The notes below the pieces were generated by a model that was not told the DNA's origin, did not search any database, and saw nothing but the letters and a program-made list of their open reading frames with translations. This document shows, piece by piece, positions 10,419 to 25,400 of a stretch of 64,000 bases of DNA. Made by a program: the position numbers and the translations under genes. Location of the stretch: assembly GCF_018977255.1 (NCBI RefSeq), contig NW_024704745.1, forward strand, positions 9,672,001 through 9,736,000. The letters run 5' to 3'. The stretch comes from Callorhinchus milii (taxonomy: Eukaryota). Position 1 is the stretch's first letter; every line of letters begins with the position of its first letter.

Positions 10419-13400
10419 CTGCGGAAAGGGAAACAATAAAGTTTTCCTGTAAAACAACCTCGGGAGAAAAACAAATCAATATGAAGCTGATGTCATATTG
10501 CATAATCAGCAAGGAACCAGGATCAATTCCCAGATGTTGAGTTAGTTGATCTCAAATTAAGTGGGAGAAGGAGGGTGACCGAAGGCACAGTGGAAGAGGA
10601 AGGTCTTGAGACAGGTCTTGAAGGAGGCAAGGGAGGGGGTGAGGTGGAGGGACTATGGGATAGAGTTTCAGAGGCTGAGGGCAGAGTGGCTGAAGGCCCT
10701 CCTGCCAATGGTGGGGCGGGCGAGGTGGGGGACGTGAAGCAGGCCAGAACCTGCTGAGAGGAGGGAGAGGGCAGGTTGGTAAGGGGTTTGGAGGTATGGG
10801 GGTGCAAAGCCATGGAGGGCTTTGAATGTGAGGATCAGGATCTTGAATGTATCCTCTTTGTGATGGGAAGCCAGTGGAGTCGAGCGAGGATGGGGATGAT
10901 AGGGTCGCGGAGCCTGGTGTGGGAGTTCTGGATGATCTGCAGCATATGGAGGGAGGAGTTGAGGAGGCCGACAAGCAGGGAGTTTGTGTAGTCAAACCTG
11001 GATGTTATAAATGAGTGTATGAGGGTCTCGGCGGCCTGCGGCGTGAGACAGTGGTGGAGCTGGGCGATGTTGCAGAGGTGGGGAAAGGCAAGACACGGAT
11101 GTGGGGTATGAAGGACAGTTGAGGGTCGAACAGAACCCCGAGGTTCCGTATTGGCTCTGTGAGCTGTAGAGTGCATCCATAGAGGAATTTGAAGGTTAGG
11201 ATGAGGATCTCTATCTTGATCCGCTGGGGGATGGTGAGAATTGAGAAAAGGTAAAGGAAATTTGTCTTTATTTGGAAAAAAGGACATTGAGGGTGCGTAA
11301 AACAGTTTTAAATACTAAAAATGCCAGTAGGAAGGATCGAGTGGATTTTACTGAATAGGATTTATTTGAAAGGGTTAGTGGTAAAACAGAACAAATGGAT
11401 CCATAAGGCAACAGGATGAGTTTCTGGAGAAGGAGGGAATAGTGAGTAGGTAGGTGGAGCTGGACTGATCAAAACAGAGAGGTTTGCTAGGCCCTAATGG
11501 TATTGTCCTAAAACTTTTTATATTCCCATCACAAATTAGGTCAAAGATCATTAACTCACAAGCTTTGTACCAGTCTTTTGCAATTACCTGAAAGAAGCTC
11601 TCCACATACTGCAGTAAATAAATACCACAGTCACTGCTGTTATCCTGCTTGGGGACTCGTGGGACTGAGCCTTTCATGTTATCCAATGTGAAATTGCGCT
11701 GCCCTTCTCGTTTCATTTCCCACTCTATTTGCAGATACCTAGTCAAACAAAGAGGAGATAAAGAACTTCAACACAAATTCTTCTCACAGATATTTCCCAC
11801 TCTGTTAATTGGATAATTTCAATCCCCAGGGATTGTGTGATTTAGCTTCAAATCACTTTGCTCACCCAGGCTCATTCACTTTTTACAAAGAATTTCATGA
11901 AATACCACAATGAGAAGTTCATTTAAATTCAATACAACATCATACATAATCAAAAGTATTTTAAATAAGTTTCTAGCTTGCAAACTTGCAAAATTGCACT
12001 GAGCATTTTTATTTTAAAACATAATGCAAAGCACTGTATTTTAAAGATTTCTATTCATGTACACTATTCATCCATAAATTTTAATCAGTATATTTACTGA
12101 TACTCACTCTCGTAAAATCTTCACTGTATGAGATTGTGAAGCTGCTCTTAGAGAATCCATGATAAGAATACACGGCCTAAGAATAAAAAGGTGGAATTTC
12201 AATTGCTATTTTTAACTTCTTTATTAAAGGGTCTTGCTCACAACTGACTAAAAAGATAATTAGTCTTGCACACAAAGTTAAAATGTTTATGAATTCTACA
12301 AGCCTTATAATTAAGAACACATAATGTGAAACATCTTTTAATACACTCTCAATATACACTTGCATGAGGTTATTGCTGATGATGGCATCCGGGTTTGAAT
12401 TCACCTTTCAGAAACAATAATCTTCTGATATTAAATAGAAGCTCTGTTATGCACCCATAGCACATATTAATGTCATATTGCAAGAAAGAAACTTCATCAT
12501 ACAGCTCGCCTTTATATGGCATGTTTATTAGGAGAGAAAATTAAGTATCTTAAATTATCAATATTTTAAAGAGATCCACTTTTTAAACTTTTAGATCCAG
12601 GGCTTATAGTTACTAAATCTATAAGAAGAAAACCGGATCTGAAGGAAGATAGCCATAATTATCGGTGGATCACTTTTCCGGGGGTATTAAACCCTTTTTT
12701 TAAAAAAAATGGTCACTCAATCCACGACTGTTTGTGGGACACTGCTGTGCACAATTGACTGCTGTGTTTTGCCCACAAAATATACAGTCAATTCACTTTA
12801 CAGTATATTCTGTGAAGCGCTTTGAGACGCCTCAGATGTCATAAGGAGCTATTTCAAATGCAAGGAAATGCATCCGGTTATACAGTTTTGTATAAACATT
12901 TGATATTTTTGTACAACAGGATTTTTCATTTCACGCTAGAACAATTAAAACTAACCAACAAGCCAATTTAGGTAGAGATGAACAGATTGTGATTGGGATC
13001 TAGCGTAGGAAGGTGATTTAGTCCTTTGAGCCTCCATTTTGTTTTTGTTCATGGGGTCCCTTTGACTTTTAAACCCGTTTACTCCCATGACCCTTACTTT
13101 TTATCCCTGTTCAATTTCTTAACAACAACAACAAAATGACATTTATATAGCACCTTTCACGCTGGATCGACTACACCACAATGTATTCCACATTCCCATA
13201 ACCAATTGGAATTATTGTTAAACTGTGTAGAACTTTAAATCTTTATATAAGGAATAGTGGATTAAAACTATACCTCCAATCATCAGTGGTGCTTGATCAG
13301 GACATACATCATCATCTGCATTGCTATTAGTCAGCCATATTACTTGGAACCAAATGGGGGTTAGTAACAATGATGATAATCCTTGCATTTGATATAGCGC

Positions 13401-16400
13401 CTTTTCACGTCTTCCGAGACGTCTCAAAGCGCTTCACAGAATATACTGCAAAGTGAATTGACTGTATATTTGTGAGCGAAACCCAGCAGCGAATTGCACA
13501 CAGCAGTGTCCACAAACAGTCGCGGATTGCAGTGACCAATTTTTTGATGGAATTATTACACCCGAATTATTATTTTTAGTAAAGTCATTTCGAAGATACT
13601 TACTGTTTGAGGATCCTTGTTTTCGGTTGCTGCAGATCAATAGGCGCCTTTATGCATTCCTGTAAAAAATGTCAATATATCTTTTTTAAAAAAAAACATT
13701 CTACCTTACAAAATATTTGCGTCAACTTTTAAAATTTTCTATTTTCATCCACGACTCTGAAATTTCAGATTCCAAACTGATTTGGATAGTCTTTGCTCTT
13801 GAGAATAAAGGGGCCAGAACTTAGTGGAATGCTGATATTTACCTGTATTCTGGACAGGGGGACTGCTGGAGATGCAAAGCAATCGGAAGTTTTGCTGGAA
13901 TCCTCACCTGTAAATAAAAGCAACATTTGTAGTCAATATGAAAAAGAGGTAGAAATGGATTCTCGGTCTGAGTCAGAGGCAGGAAGAAACAATTCTTGTA
14001 TAACAGAGAAACCTGTTCATTGGAGAGATGAGTCCACTAAATTTTGTTTGTCCGTGCACTGATTGAAAGACCAATCTATAAATTTGATTGAGAAACGCCC
14101 TGCATGTCGGCCTTCCCAACTCCTCCCTCCACAGGCTGCAGATAATCCAGAACTCTGCAGCCCGTGTCCTCTCCGGCACCAAACTCCGTGACCCCATCTC
14201 CCACATCCTCACCCGACTCCATTGGCTCCCCATCCTTGAGGATCCAGTTCAAGATCCTGGTCCTCACGTACAAAGCCCTCCATGGCCTCGCCCCACCCTA
14301 CCTCTGTGACCTCCTAACCCCCTACCAACCCGCCCGCTCTCTTCACTCAGCCGGCTCTGGCCTGCTCCACGTCCCCCAACCCACCCACCCCACCATTGGT
14401 GAGAGAGCATTCAGCCACTCTGCCCCCAACCTCTGGAACTCCATCCCCCAGTCACTCTGCCTCGCCCCCTCCTTAGCCTCCTTCAAGTCCCGCCTCAAAA
14501 CCTTATTCTTCGACCATGCCATTGGTCACCCCCCTTTCCCTCCCCTCTCCCCCTGACCCCAGCTCGGGTCTGAAATACTGTATACTGTCCAGCACCTTGG
14601 GATGCCCTCCCGACGTGAAAGGCGCTATACAAATGTAATCTTGTTGTTGAGAAAGTTTTGTGAGCCGTGTCAAAATGCATTCATTATACATGTTAGCATT
14701 ATTATCAGGTGAGGGGTAATTTGTTGGAACTCCTAACCAATGTTACATTTGCTAAAACTAATCTGCCCAGAGTTGCAGCCTCCTGCAGTAACACATTTCA
14801 ATACATTTTTATTCTGTACAATTACTGAAAAAACACTGTTCTGAAGCTATAATTACATTTCTAAAATAGTACATACTTGAATCTTGAGCTACTGAATTCT
14901 CAGTGTCAGGCTCATCCAATGACACTCGTTCATCATTAATCTTTTCAGTATTGGATGAAACTGTGGAACATGATTTGTTCACTTTTGCTTCGCTGCTTAC
15001 TTCAGATTCATAAACTGGTTTCTCTAACGCAGGAAAACAAATAACAGCAAGATACCAATGTGACCTGCAAATAAAATGCATCACATAAGTTAAAAGATAT
15101 ATCTGTCAACCTTAATAGTCTCCCTCTGGTTACTAACTAACTAACTATTTACACTACACACGTTCGCCCACAAATATACAGTCAATTCACTTTACAGTGT
15201 GTTCTGTGAAGCGCTTTGGGACGTCCTCCCGACGTGAAAAGCGCTATATCAAATGCAAGGATTATTATTATTATAACTGCACATAAGCATCTTTTAGTAA
15301 TTTGAAGTTGGAGACTGGACTTATACTCATCTTCTCTAAAGGTGACTCAGAAAAGATTAATTTCATATCCATAGTTTTGCTCTAACAAAGGCTGCTCACT
15401 TGCTGATATAAACATTATTAAAGAATCAGGAATATGAACATCAAATCTTAAGGGGGTTTAATGGCGCAACCAATATTATTATTAACGCTAATTAGGTTCA
15501 ATTTAAATCTCTTGAAAAAATCAGCATCAGCTATAATTGTAAATAAAAACGGGTTTACAGTACACTTATTTTTGATTCAAAGCAATAATTGCATTGAATA
15601 TCTTAATGATTGTACTGTAAAGGTCAAGTTACTAGTATTGGAACTAAAAGACTCTGAGTGAAGTTCACCCCGACCTAAGAAACACTGAAGATCCCACAGA
15701 GATTGTTTATATGCCTAAGGCAATTTCCTTTTACTTCACTGGCAAATGTAATCTGTTCTGGCCAATATTCTATCTTCTTCCAAATCAAATGCAATACAAT
15801 TTCACTCCAAAATATTTAGATTAATTGGTTATTCATTTCAAGGTTATTTGGGAGACATTGCTAGAACAGATTGGCTTCTACAATCCCTTGGCAGTACATT
15901 TTTAAAAAAAACATGGCTAATTTTAACACTATATTGGACCACTCCCAGCATTTATTATCAGCCAGAGGAAACACTGTTCCTTTAAGATTATGATTAGAGG
16001 ATGCGTCACTGCTCAAACAAGGGACAGCACACAGCTGCATCTTGGATCAGACTCATTACTGTAGACAGATTCAGCCTACTTATACAAAAGCTTTTCTGAT
16101 TTAAGTCACGAGTAAATAAGACCATCTGTAATAAGCTATAGAAAGCATTCTTACTCTTCATTTACAGGCACAAATATAAAATCCTTGGTAAAGATATCCA
16201 CATGGCGAGTCCACGTTTTCACCCTTTGATGCCTCTTGTGCTGTATCCTACAAAAGCAACACAAGATACTTGCTTTAACCTTTAGCTGGCAAGTTATTTC
16301 TGCAGTATGTAGTTCAAAGTTTGTTGACAATAGCTATGTGAAGAAGTTTGATGTACTCACAGGGTCACAGACCAAGTCAACATAGTTAATCACTGGTATA

Positions 16401-19400
16401 ACCAGCTGGTGAGGGCAAAAATCCTTTATTCATCCTTTAAAACTAACACGTCGTATCTATGGATTTAGTTTAAAATAACTCTAGCAGGGCTCAGGAAGTA
16501 TTGTATTACATTTGAATTACCAATACCAAACTGTACAGAACTCCTAAAGTTTACAAGCACTACAACAGGTTAATAGTTGATGAGAAGTAAATACGTCACC
16601 CAAAAGATCCTATAACACTTTGCTTACGAGAGGTTAGTTGTCTCCTCGGAGATGGCAGCATCCTTTCTGGTCAGGCGTCGATAAAAGAAACTGCTAAAGA
16701 TGTGTGTACGCTTAGCGAGCTCTTTGGGGGCTTTCTCCAGTAGCAGATACCTTAGATAAAATAGGCATTAGTTAATATTTTGTATGCTAAGTTCTTCAGT
16801 GCATAGAAAGCATTGCATTTTGGACCATTTTGCATCATCCAAATGATAGAAGATACATATTGGCATTGTGAATCAATCAGCTCAGTTAAATATAGTACAA
16901 CACGCTTTGAACTTGCTTCTTAGCCCACATTAATTATACAAATGTTTTCGGATTAACCGAAGAAAACTCAATACCATTGTTTATCTTACTTTAAATACAT
17001 TTAAATTCCTGAAAACATAATTTTAACCGTAGTGTTAGAGATCCTCCTACAAAATACTGCATAGCGACCCCACATTGCACTCTTTCCATGGCTCTGTTGT
17101 CCTTTCACACCACCACCATCACCCCAACAAAATGACACTTGTATAGCGCCTTTCATGTTGGGAGGACGTCCCAAGGCACTGGCTAATCAGTGTTTCGGAC
17201 CCGAGCTGGGGGTCGGGAACATGGAGAGTGGAGAGCAGGTGGGGGGGTGGGGGAGAGTGATTGAATTCATGGTCGAAGAGGAGGATCTTGAAGGAGGCAA
17301 GGGAGGGGGCGCGGCAGAGGAACTGGGGGATGGAGTTTTACACACTATTCTAACTGCAGCCTACCCAATTTCTTGTATAAAGTTAACATTGCTTCCTTAT
17401 TTTCATATTCAAGGTCCCTCGATTATGAAAATCTTGAAATTTCATGCACCTTTTCATGGCTTCTTCTACTTGAACTCATGCCTTTAAAGACCTGAATTGT
17501 TCTATCCATCAACATCATTAAGAACTATACCATTTAAAGTATACTTTTAATGTGCTACTTCATGCTTTCAACATTCAAGCACTTTGGGAAGTCCTTCCAA
17601 TGTAAAAGGGCTATATTAATGTAAATCTGTATTGTTGCAACATTAAAACTGCATTAGCCCATTCTATCCACCTGAAATTTCCTGCACTCTTCCTCACACT
17701 TTGCAAAACACTGTAATTTGGCACCACTCGCAAACTTAGAATAGCTCTTCCTATGCAGATTTCTAAATCAATAGCAAGTTGCATGGTCAGGATCCTATAA
17801 GAACAAACACGGTCAGGATCCTGTAAAAATAAACTTGACATTAATAAAAACTATTATAATCTGAAATGCACACAATCCTAAAATCATTTTAATTCTCCAA
17901 ATAATCACTCAGAATACTGATGACACTACAGTGCCACCCACTGGCTGTTTATAAAAATATTGTGTTTTTCTGCTTGAACTTCAAAAGGGCTAACAACCGG
18001 GTCTTAAGATTACCACAAACGTGATTTCCCTTTGTGTTCCTCATGTATAGGCAGTGTCACTAACATTACTTTTTGTGCAACACAACCTTTTGGTAACACT
18101 GCATGTCTTGTAATTGTAATTAATAAGTTTCACTTTTAATAAAAAAGATTAATACTGCATCTAAAAGTATTACAATTGCAAACATTTGTGGAGTTCTGCA
18201 GCTTAGTGGTTGGAGCACTTGCCTCACAAGCGAGAGACATGGGTTTAATTCCCGGCAAGGCGAAATGTTGGGCAAGTTTCCTTACTCCACATGCCTCTGT
18301 TTACCTAGCAGTTAGTAGCAACCCGGTTGTTAAGTTGATTGGCGGATCGCTTTTCCGGGGGTAATAATAAATTGGTTACTCAATCCATGACTGTTTGTGG
18401 GACACTGCTGTGCTCAATTGGCTGCCATGTTTCACCCACAAAATATACAGCCAATTTACTTTACAGTATATTCTGTGAAATGCTTTGAGACGTCTTGAAG
18501 ATGTGATAAGGCGCTATATTAAATGCAAGGATTATTATTATTATAAAAAGTGACTGATGCAACCCCTGGATACTTACTTCAGATAGAAATCGATGATCAC
18601 ATCATTGAGAAATTCTCCCTCCACCAGACATTCCAAGTCTTCAGTCGTAACAGCAAGTCCTCCTTTTGTTGGTGGAGGAGGGAAAACTATTATTCTGGGG
18701 GGGAAAAACATTTTAAAAACGTCAAACAGCAAAACAATATTTCCCAGTTCCTCATCAAAACAAAACATCATTAAATCATTTGGCACCAATATTAAATATA
18801 AGGCAAAGACTACATGATATTAATCGTGGAGTCCTTTAGCTCAGTGATTAGAGCACTTGTCTCGCAAGCGAGCAGTCCAGAAAAGGGATTAGATGGGGGA
18901 GAAATGCAGAGCAGACTAAATTGGTCTTGATGTGCATCTGTGTAAATGTACGGAGTGTGACAAATAAGATTGGTGAGCTGCAGGCTCAAGTTGCCACATG
19001 GGATTATGATGTAGTGGCAATAACAGAGACCTGGCTCAAACAAGAGCAGGAATGGGAACTGAATATTCCTGGCTACAAAGTATTCAGGAGGGATAGGGAA
19101 GGAAACAAACAAGGTCGGGTGGCAATTATGATTAAAGACATGGTTATGGATCATTTTATAAGAATATAAAGAATAAAAGGTTAGTCAAAGGTAGGGTTGG
19201 CCAATCGTGGATCAATTAGGAGGCTGAGGGCATGGCGGACGTACTGAATGAGTACTTTGTATCTGTCTTCACAAAAGAAGAGGATGCAGCCAATATCACA
19301 GTATTGTTCAGAGGGAGGGTAGGGAAATTGGATAGGTTAAGAATGAACAGAGGACTAAAAAGGTTCACGTTGTTCAAGGTAGATAAGTTACCCAGTCCAG

Positions 19401-22400
19401 ATGCAATGCATCCTAGGTTATTGAGGGAAGTCAGGGTGGAAATAGTGGAGCCTCTGGCCACAATCATTCAATCCTCCTTGGAAACCAGGGTTATACCAGA
19501 GGACTGGAGAGTTGCAAATAATTCTCCCCTGTACAAAAAGGGGCAAAAGGATAAACCCAGGAACTGCGAGGCAGTCAGCCTAACGTTAGTAGTAGGGAAA
19601 CTTCCAGAGAATATAATCGAGAACAAAATAAATTTTCACTTCGAAAAATATGGTTCAATAAACGATAGCCAACACGGATTTGTAAAAGATAAATCGTGTC
19701 TAATAAACTTGCTAAGAGTTTTTTGACGAAGTAACGGAGAGGGTGGATGAAGGTTGATGTAGTTTATATGGATTTTCAAAAGGCGTTTGATAAAGTACCA
19801 CTTAAGAAATTTGTAAGCAAAATAGAAGCCCACGATATTAAAGGGACAGTGGCAGAATGAATACAGAACTGGCTGGGAGATGGAAAGCAGAGAGTGGTGG
19901 TGAACGGTTTGTTGTCTGACTGAAGGAAGTGTGCAGTGGTGTCCCCCAGGGGTTGGTATTGGGACCACTGCTCTTTTCGATCTATATAAATGAGTTGGGT
20001 ATAGGGAGCATAATTTCCAAGATTGCGCTATATCAAATGCAACGATTATTATTATATTATCATTAATTCTGTTACAGTGACAGAGATGGTCATCCAGGCC
20101 CGATAGGCAATGAGGAGGACAGCAAAAAAAGCTGCTCCCCAGGATTAGAGAGCGGGGCTATGAAGAATGTGTACAAAATAGGACCTTATAGAGTTCTTTA
20201 GCTTGACGATTGGGATAGAGAAATTAAACCTGAAACAATAGTTTGAGATATGATAAAATACCAAGGCAAGAGGTCACAGGTTCAGGAAAATATTTTATAA
20301 TCATTGTTTCAGTCACAACCCTGATGATATTAGCATCAGGCTAGGTACTGTATTAGGAAGACACTGGTTTCCATTCATTTCTGGATATGAAACAGTTAAC
20401 CAGTTAATACTCTAACAAATGATCGATATTAATGCAGGGAAGAGTGGTGGCATTTATGTTCCTCAAACCGCAGTTGAATTACCATGTGGTAATATTGATC
20501 TAAGACAGGGTGCATGTGTGTGGGGCAATGTGCACTATGCAGCAAACTCACTGGTAAAGCAAATTAATTTGTATAGACAAAATGCTACTGTATTCAGTTA
20601 AACGAGTTTTGCAAATTTGTCTAAGTACCCTCATATATTACTGCAATGAAATTCTAATTTACAAAATGACATTGTATTAAAATACAAAATTAAATAGTTT
20701 AAATTTTGATAGTCATTTAAAAGCGTATAAGGACACATTTACCAAATTGTAACTGAGCAACACATCTTAAGTGCACGGACTTTCAAACCCAGCACGATCC
20801 ACAAATGCTTTGAATCACAAATGGATGGCGCTTCAAACCTGGATCCACTCTACTGACAATTTGCATCACGTTATTTGCATCACTTTATCACAGTAAATTT
20901 ATATTCATAGAGATCACAAATGTTAGCAAATCTACAGATGTTATTCGGTTATTCAACATGAATGTTTCATACACTTTTCGATGGGGGGAACTGGACTACT
21001 GGGACTCTAAACAAAAGAATGCATAACACATTGGGTCTCTTTTTCAAATGCGTCCAAATTATTCTTATGATATTGGCATAAAAAACATAAAAGCATAAAA
21101 ACATGATTATCCTTTAGGGAAGCTGGTTTTGAAAACTAGATAAAAACACCCCTCCCCAACATACTTTGTAACTGGTCCACTCTTCAGTATTTGCCTCTGC
21201 TTATCTTGCTTTGGCATAGTCGAACCTATGGACTGGTCTTTCCTTTGTATGTGGCATGAAGTGTGATTATTTGGCTTCATTGGATTCACATTTTCTTCCT
21301 ATTGAAAACAAAACAAAAGCTGATTACCAAAAATAATACAGACTATATTGACTAAGAGTCAATGTGTTTTGAAGTCCTTTGCTTGGAACACTGATTTATG
21401 CACTTATCTGTTTGAAATAACTTTTGACAATCGATAGGGCCAACAAAACAAATTACAGAACTGGTCAGACTCTTCCAATTGTGATCTCAATACCCCCTGA
21501 TCCATTTCACTGTTAAAATGTTATCAATTCTGTTTATAACTACTCATTTAACCTGTACCTCCTCCCTGGGTAGACGGTTTAGTAACTATTCTCTACAGAT
21601 CCTTAGCAACACTTTAAAAACAGACTAAATAAAATAAGCCAAATAAATAAATAAATGCTTCATTCAAAGTTGGAACTAGCTCCAACTACCTTTCTTGTAG
21701 CACCATAATTTGAAGAGATCCTATTTTCCTGTCTAAAACCAAATTCAGCATAAAACCACAGACTGCAAGTCACCTGAAATAAGTGGGGTTCTTGCGATAG
21801 AATCATCATATCAACCTGTTGTTGTAAGGTTTTGCAGCAGGAGGAAATGAAAGAGCTCTTCTCCGAAGGAAACTCTGCCAGTAACTGACAAGCCTCTTCC
21901 AATGGCACCATGTCACACAAGTCTGCAATTCCACTTCTTGCCCCTATTTCAGTCATCACCCTCTTCAATATTGTTGCTTCGGTTATTTGTAAAGGTTCAA
22001 AAAGTTGAATGAAGATAAACTCATTGGATTTGGCTGGAATGAAAAAGAGTTGCAGTGGAACCATTCTTGACAAAACAAAATCTTTCCTTGGATAGTTAAT
22101 TATCTCATCATGATTAAGCCAGGAACTTAAGTCTGGGTTGGAAAAAAAAACATCAAGGTTTCTACGCTATCCCCAAATGCATTTAATATAACACTATTGT
22201 ACAATAATTCATTTTATTGGGGAAACAAAATGAGATATTTAAAAACAATGCTAAGGAAGCCATGCATCCCTATCCATTTGGGCCTTTTTTAAAAAAAACA
22301 GGACACACTTACATTCATGTTTCGCAAGAGTTGTTTGCAGCTGCTCGTAGATTTTATCTACATAATCTGCTGCCAACCACAGGAAAATGACTGAGTGACA

Positions 22401-25400
22401 TTCAACGTCAGACAGCCTGTTCCACACACTGTATTTCTTTAATTGAGAAGTATCCAGTGATAATGAATTCAAAGCTGCATAAACAACAAGGATAATAATC
22501 AAGGAGAAGAGAAGACAAAGAGTTAAGAAAATGTGTACTGGCTGGGAATGCTTATTAGTTTTAAAAACAGAAGATATATTATACAGCTTGTTCTAAAAGT
22601 ATTTTTTAAACATCAATTTAAAACATAAAATTGTATCTGACTGACAGAAACTTAGTCTTATTTGTTTTTAAAAGATAGCACACTGTTGCAGCTCTAGAGA
22701 TTATAAGGCATTTCCAATCTGAAAGACAAGCAATTGTATTTAATAACTACTGTACCAACCTAGATTTGAGTTTATGCAAGTTTTCCTGCTACAGAAACAT
22801 TACCACCATACTTAGGGTATGAAGATCCCTGCTTTCTCTCTCCCACCTACTCTGAGACGTGATCCTGTGTGGCGAGGGCTCTATAAGTGCAAGCTGTTGT
22901 TGTTATTCAAATGATCAACCTGCAATGAACTTTCAATTAGCTGGGGAGGAACGCCCTTCTGTGTCTCTCACGTCACTCACCCAAACAATAATCAAAAGCC
23001 CACCTAGCAAACATCATTCCATGAGATCAAGTACACTTCTAAAATTACTGCACTTTTAAACAAAACAATTTAAAGGCATACATCATATACATGGCTTCTC
23101 CTATCTATCCTTCTCTAATAAGAAAATAGGGAGAAGTGCTAGTAAGCAAAGTTTCTCACTTGACTGTGGAGAAAAGGTGCTATTATCAAATAATCTTAGT
23201 GAAACATCTGAAAATTGATTCTTTTAATAAAAATTTCCCACAAGAGTCTACTCAAGTGTGCTTTGCATACATTAACGTGATAATGTCAACACTAGTTTTG
23301 CAACCATTAAGAAAATCAGAATTGGTTTAACGTACTGTAGTATGATCTTAAAATGTCCTACTAAAATCTGATGTTCCCATGAAACACTGTATGCAATATT
23401 TGAGAGATTTATTTGGCATACATAGATGTAAAATCAAGAGCAAAGTTGAAAGCCATACTGGAAAATTAGAAATCTGCCAAAGTCTAGTTTCACATTAGAG
23501 AAAACAATTTTAAAATTAAAAGAAAATGTTATACGGTGAATTCATATTTAGCAGATTAACCCTGGTAATTTACAGATGAGCATGACTTTAAGTATCCAAA
23601 TCTCAGTTAATACACAATGCAGATGGTCTTCATCAAAATTTTAAAGTGAAATTCAGAAGACAGGAAAAATCTGTAATCCAAAACTACGCAATGAAGTTTT
23701 ATTACACTAATATCCACTTCAATATAGCTTATCCTGAGATACAAATACATGAACTACTTACTTACTTCAGAATGAAAATTTTCATTTTATTTTTAAATCA
23801 TATCCCATACATGTACTTTGATTACTTTACCTGAGAAGGATATTAAAATATGTTCAGGTGCAAACTGTAAGAAAATTTTAAAAAAAACTGTTAGGAAGTC
23901 TATAAAAAAACAAAAATTAAGATACATTAATAAATCAAAAGCCTTGATTGAGAAAATGCTTAAAATTAGCTCCTGGAATACGATACACTGAATTGCATTC
24001 TATAGTTACCCAGCAGACCAAGAAAGCTAAAAGCAGACTTTTATTTCAGATATTGCAACATAAGTAATATGGTAAATCAACTGTATCAACTGTACAGCTC
24101 ATTCCTAATATAGGACAGGCAAGCTCTCAAGTACAAATGATGACAAAACAATTAATCAATGATTACAGTATCTATTGGCCAAATAAAGTCCTATATATTA
24201 GGCGCTGGTGGGGCAACTGAACGTACTAAGTATTGCTTGACCTCAATACGTGTAAAATAATCTAAAGATGGTTATGAGGGTCCCAGAAGCTGATAAAACT
24301 TTAGCACCATAAACTCCAATTTCTTTTCAGAAATAATTCATGAAGCTAATCGCTTTAAACTTCATCTTTGCCTTTGTAAAGTGAAACTAAAATATATATA
24401 TATTGGATTCAGGACTATTGCATTACAATGTTTTGGTGCATGTGTTTAAGATGAGGAAGGACTGGACTTCCTGATGGGTCAGTGAAGAGAATTCACATTG
24501 TACTGTGTTAGGGTATTCAGGCTTCCAAATTAAATCCCTGGTCTGTGCCGATTTAATTGTTGTAGACAGGTCAGTAGCAAGCACTACATTTTGATGATCT
24601 CTGCTGGAAAATAGATTCAGTGGACACTGACACAATATTTCAATTTCTGATCAAAGAACACTTTTCTCCAGTGTGAGGTAAAGATGTTTTTCAAATCTGC
24701 CTCACATAACATACAATTTTCAAAGAACTATGGCTCCGATTTACAGAATTTATAATATACTTGCATACAAAAATACAAGTGAAAATGAAGTGTTTGCACA
24801 GGTAAAACACAATAATTGCAAAGTTTCTTCAACTTTATTTACTCTGGTTGAAAATATACTCTCAGTGTAAATAGAATGGGATACAACTAGCCATGAAATA
24901 ACCCCCTCCACAAACTAAACCAATTTATAATTTTGTCTAGAGTCACACTGAATAGGACTTGGAGGGACAAATGATTACTTTGAAGTAACATTGATATTTT
25001 GATAATGAATCGAAACTAAAACTTTTTTTAAGTTGTGCTGAGATTTTTTTTAAAAAATGAACCACCTATTTCGCCCATAAATTGAATTTTTTTAAAAAAA
25101 AATAGTCGCTCTACTTCCCAAGAGAACAGAACTGACAAGTGTTATGCAGTGTGCAAATTATTTTCTATTTCATCTCATTGTGCCAGCTGATTTCAAGAAA
25201 ACTGTAGAACTAGAGATCATTTACGGTCAGATCATTGGCTGTAGAGTATTCCCAAATCACATTTGTTTTCATCATTGAAAGTAGTGAGGCTTGAAAAAAT
25301 AGCTTACACTAGCTTTTTATGTCTGTGAAAAGCGTGCTTTGCTTCTGACCTTTCACAAGTCCCTGGAGATTGACGGGAGTATGTTAATATTTAAAATCTA

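Noticed and set aside
13793-14062. Plus-strand 89-aa ORF with exon-like composition
   Set aside because: Antisense overlap with a SENP7 exon, non-ATG start, no supporting gene structure.
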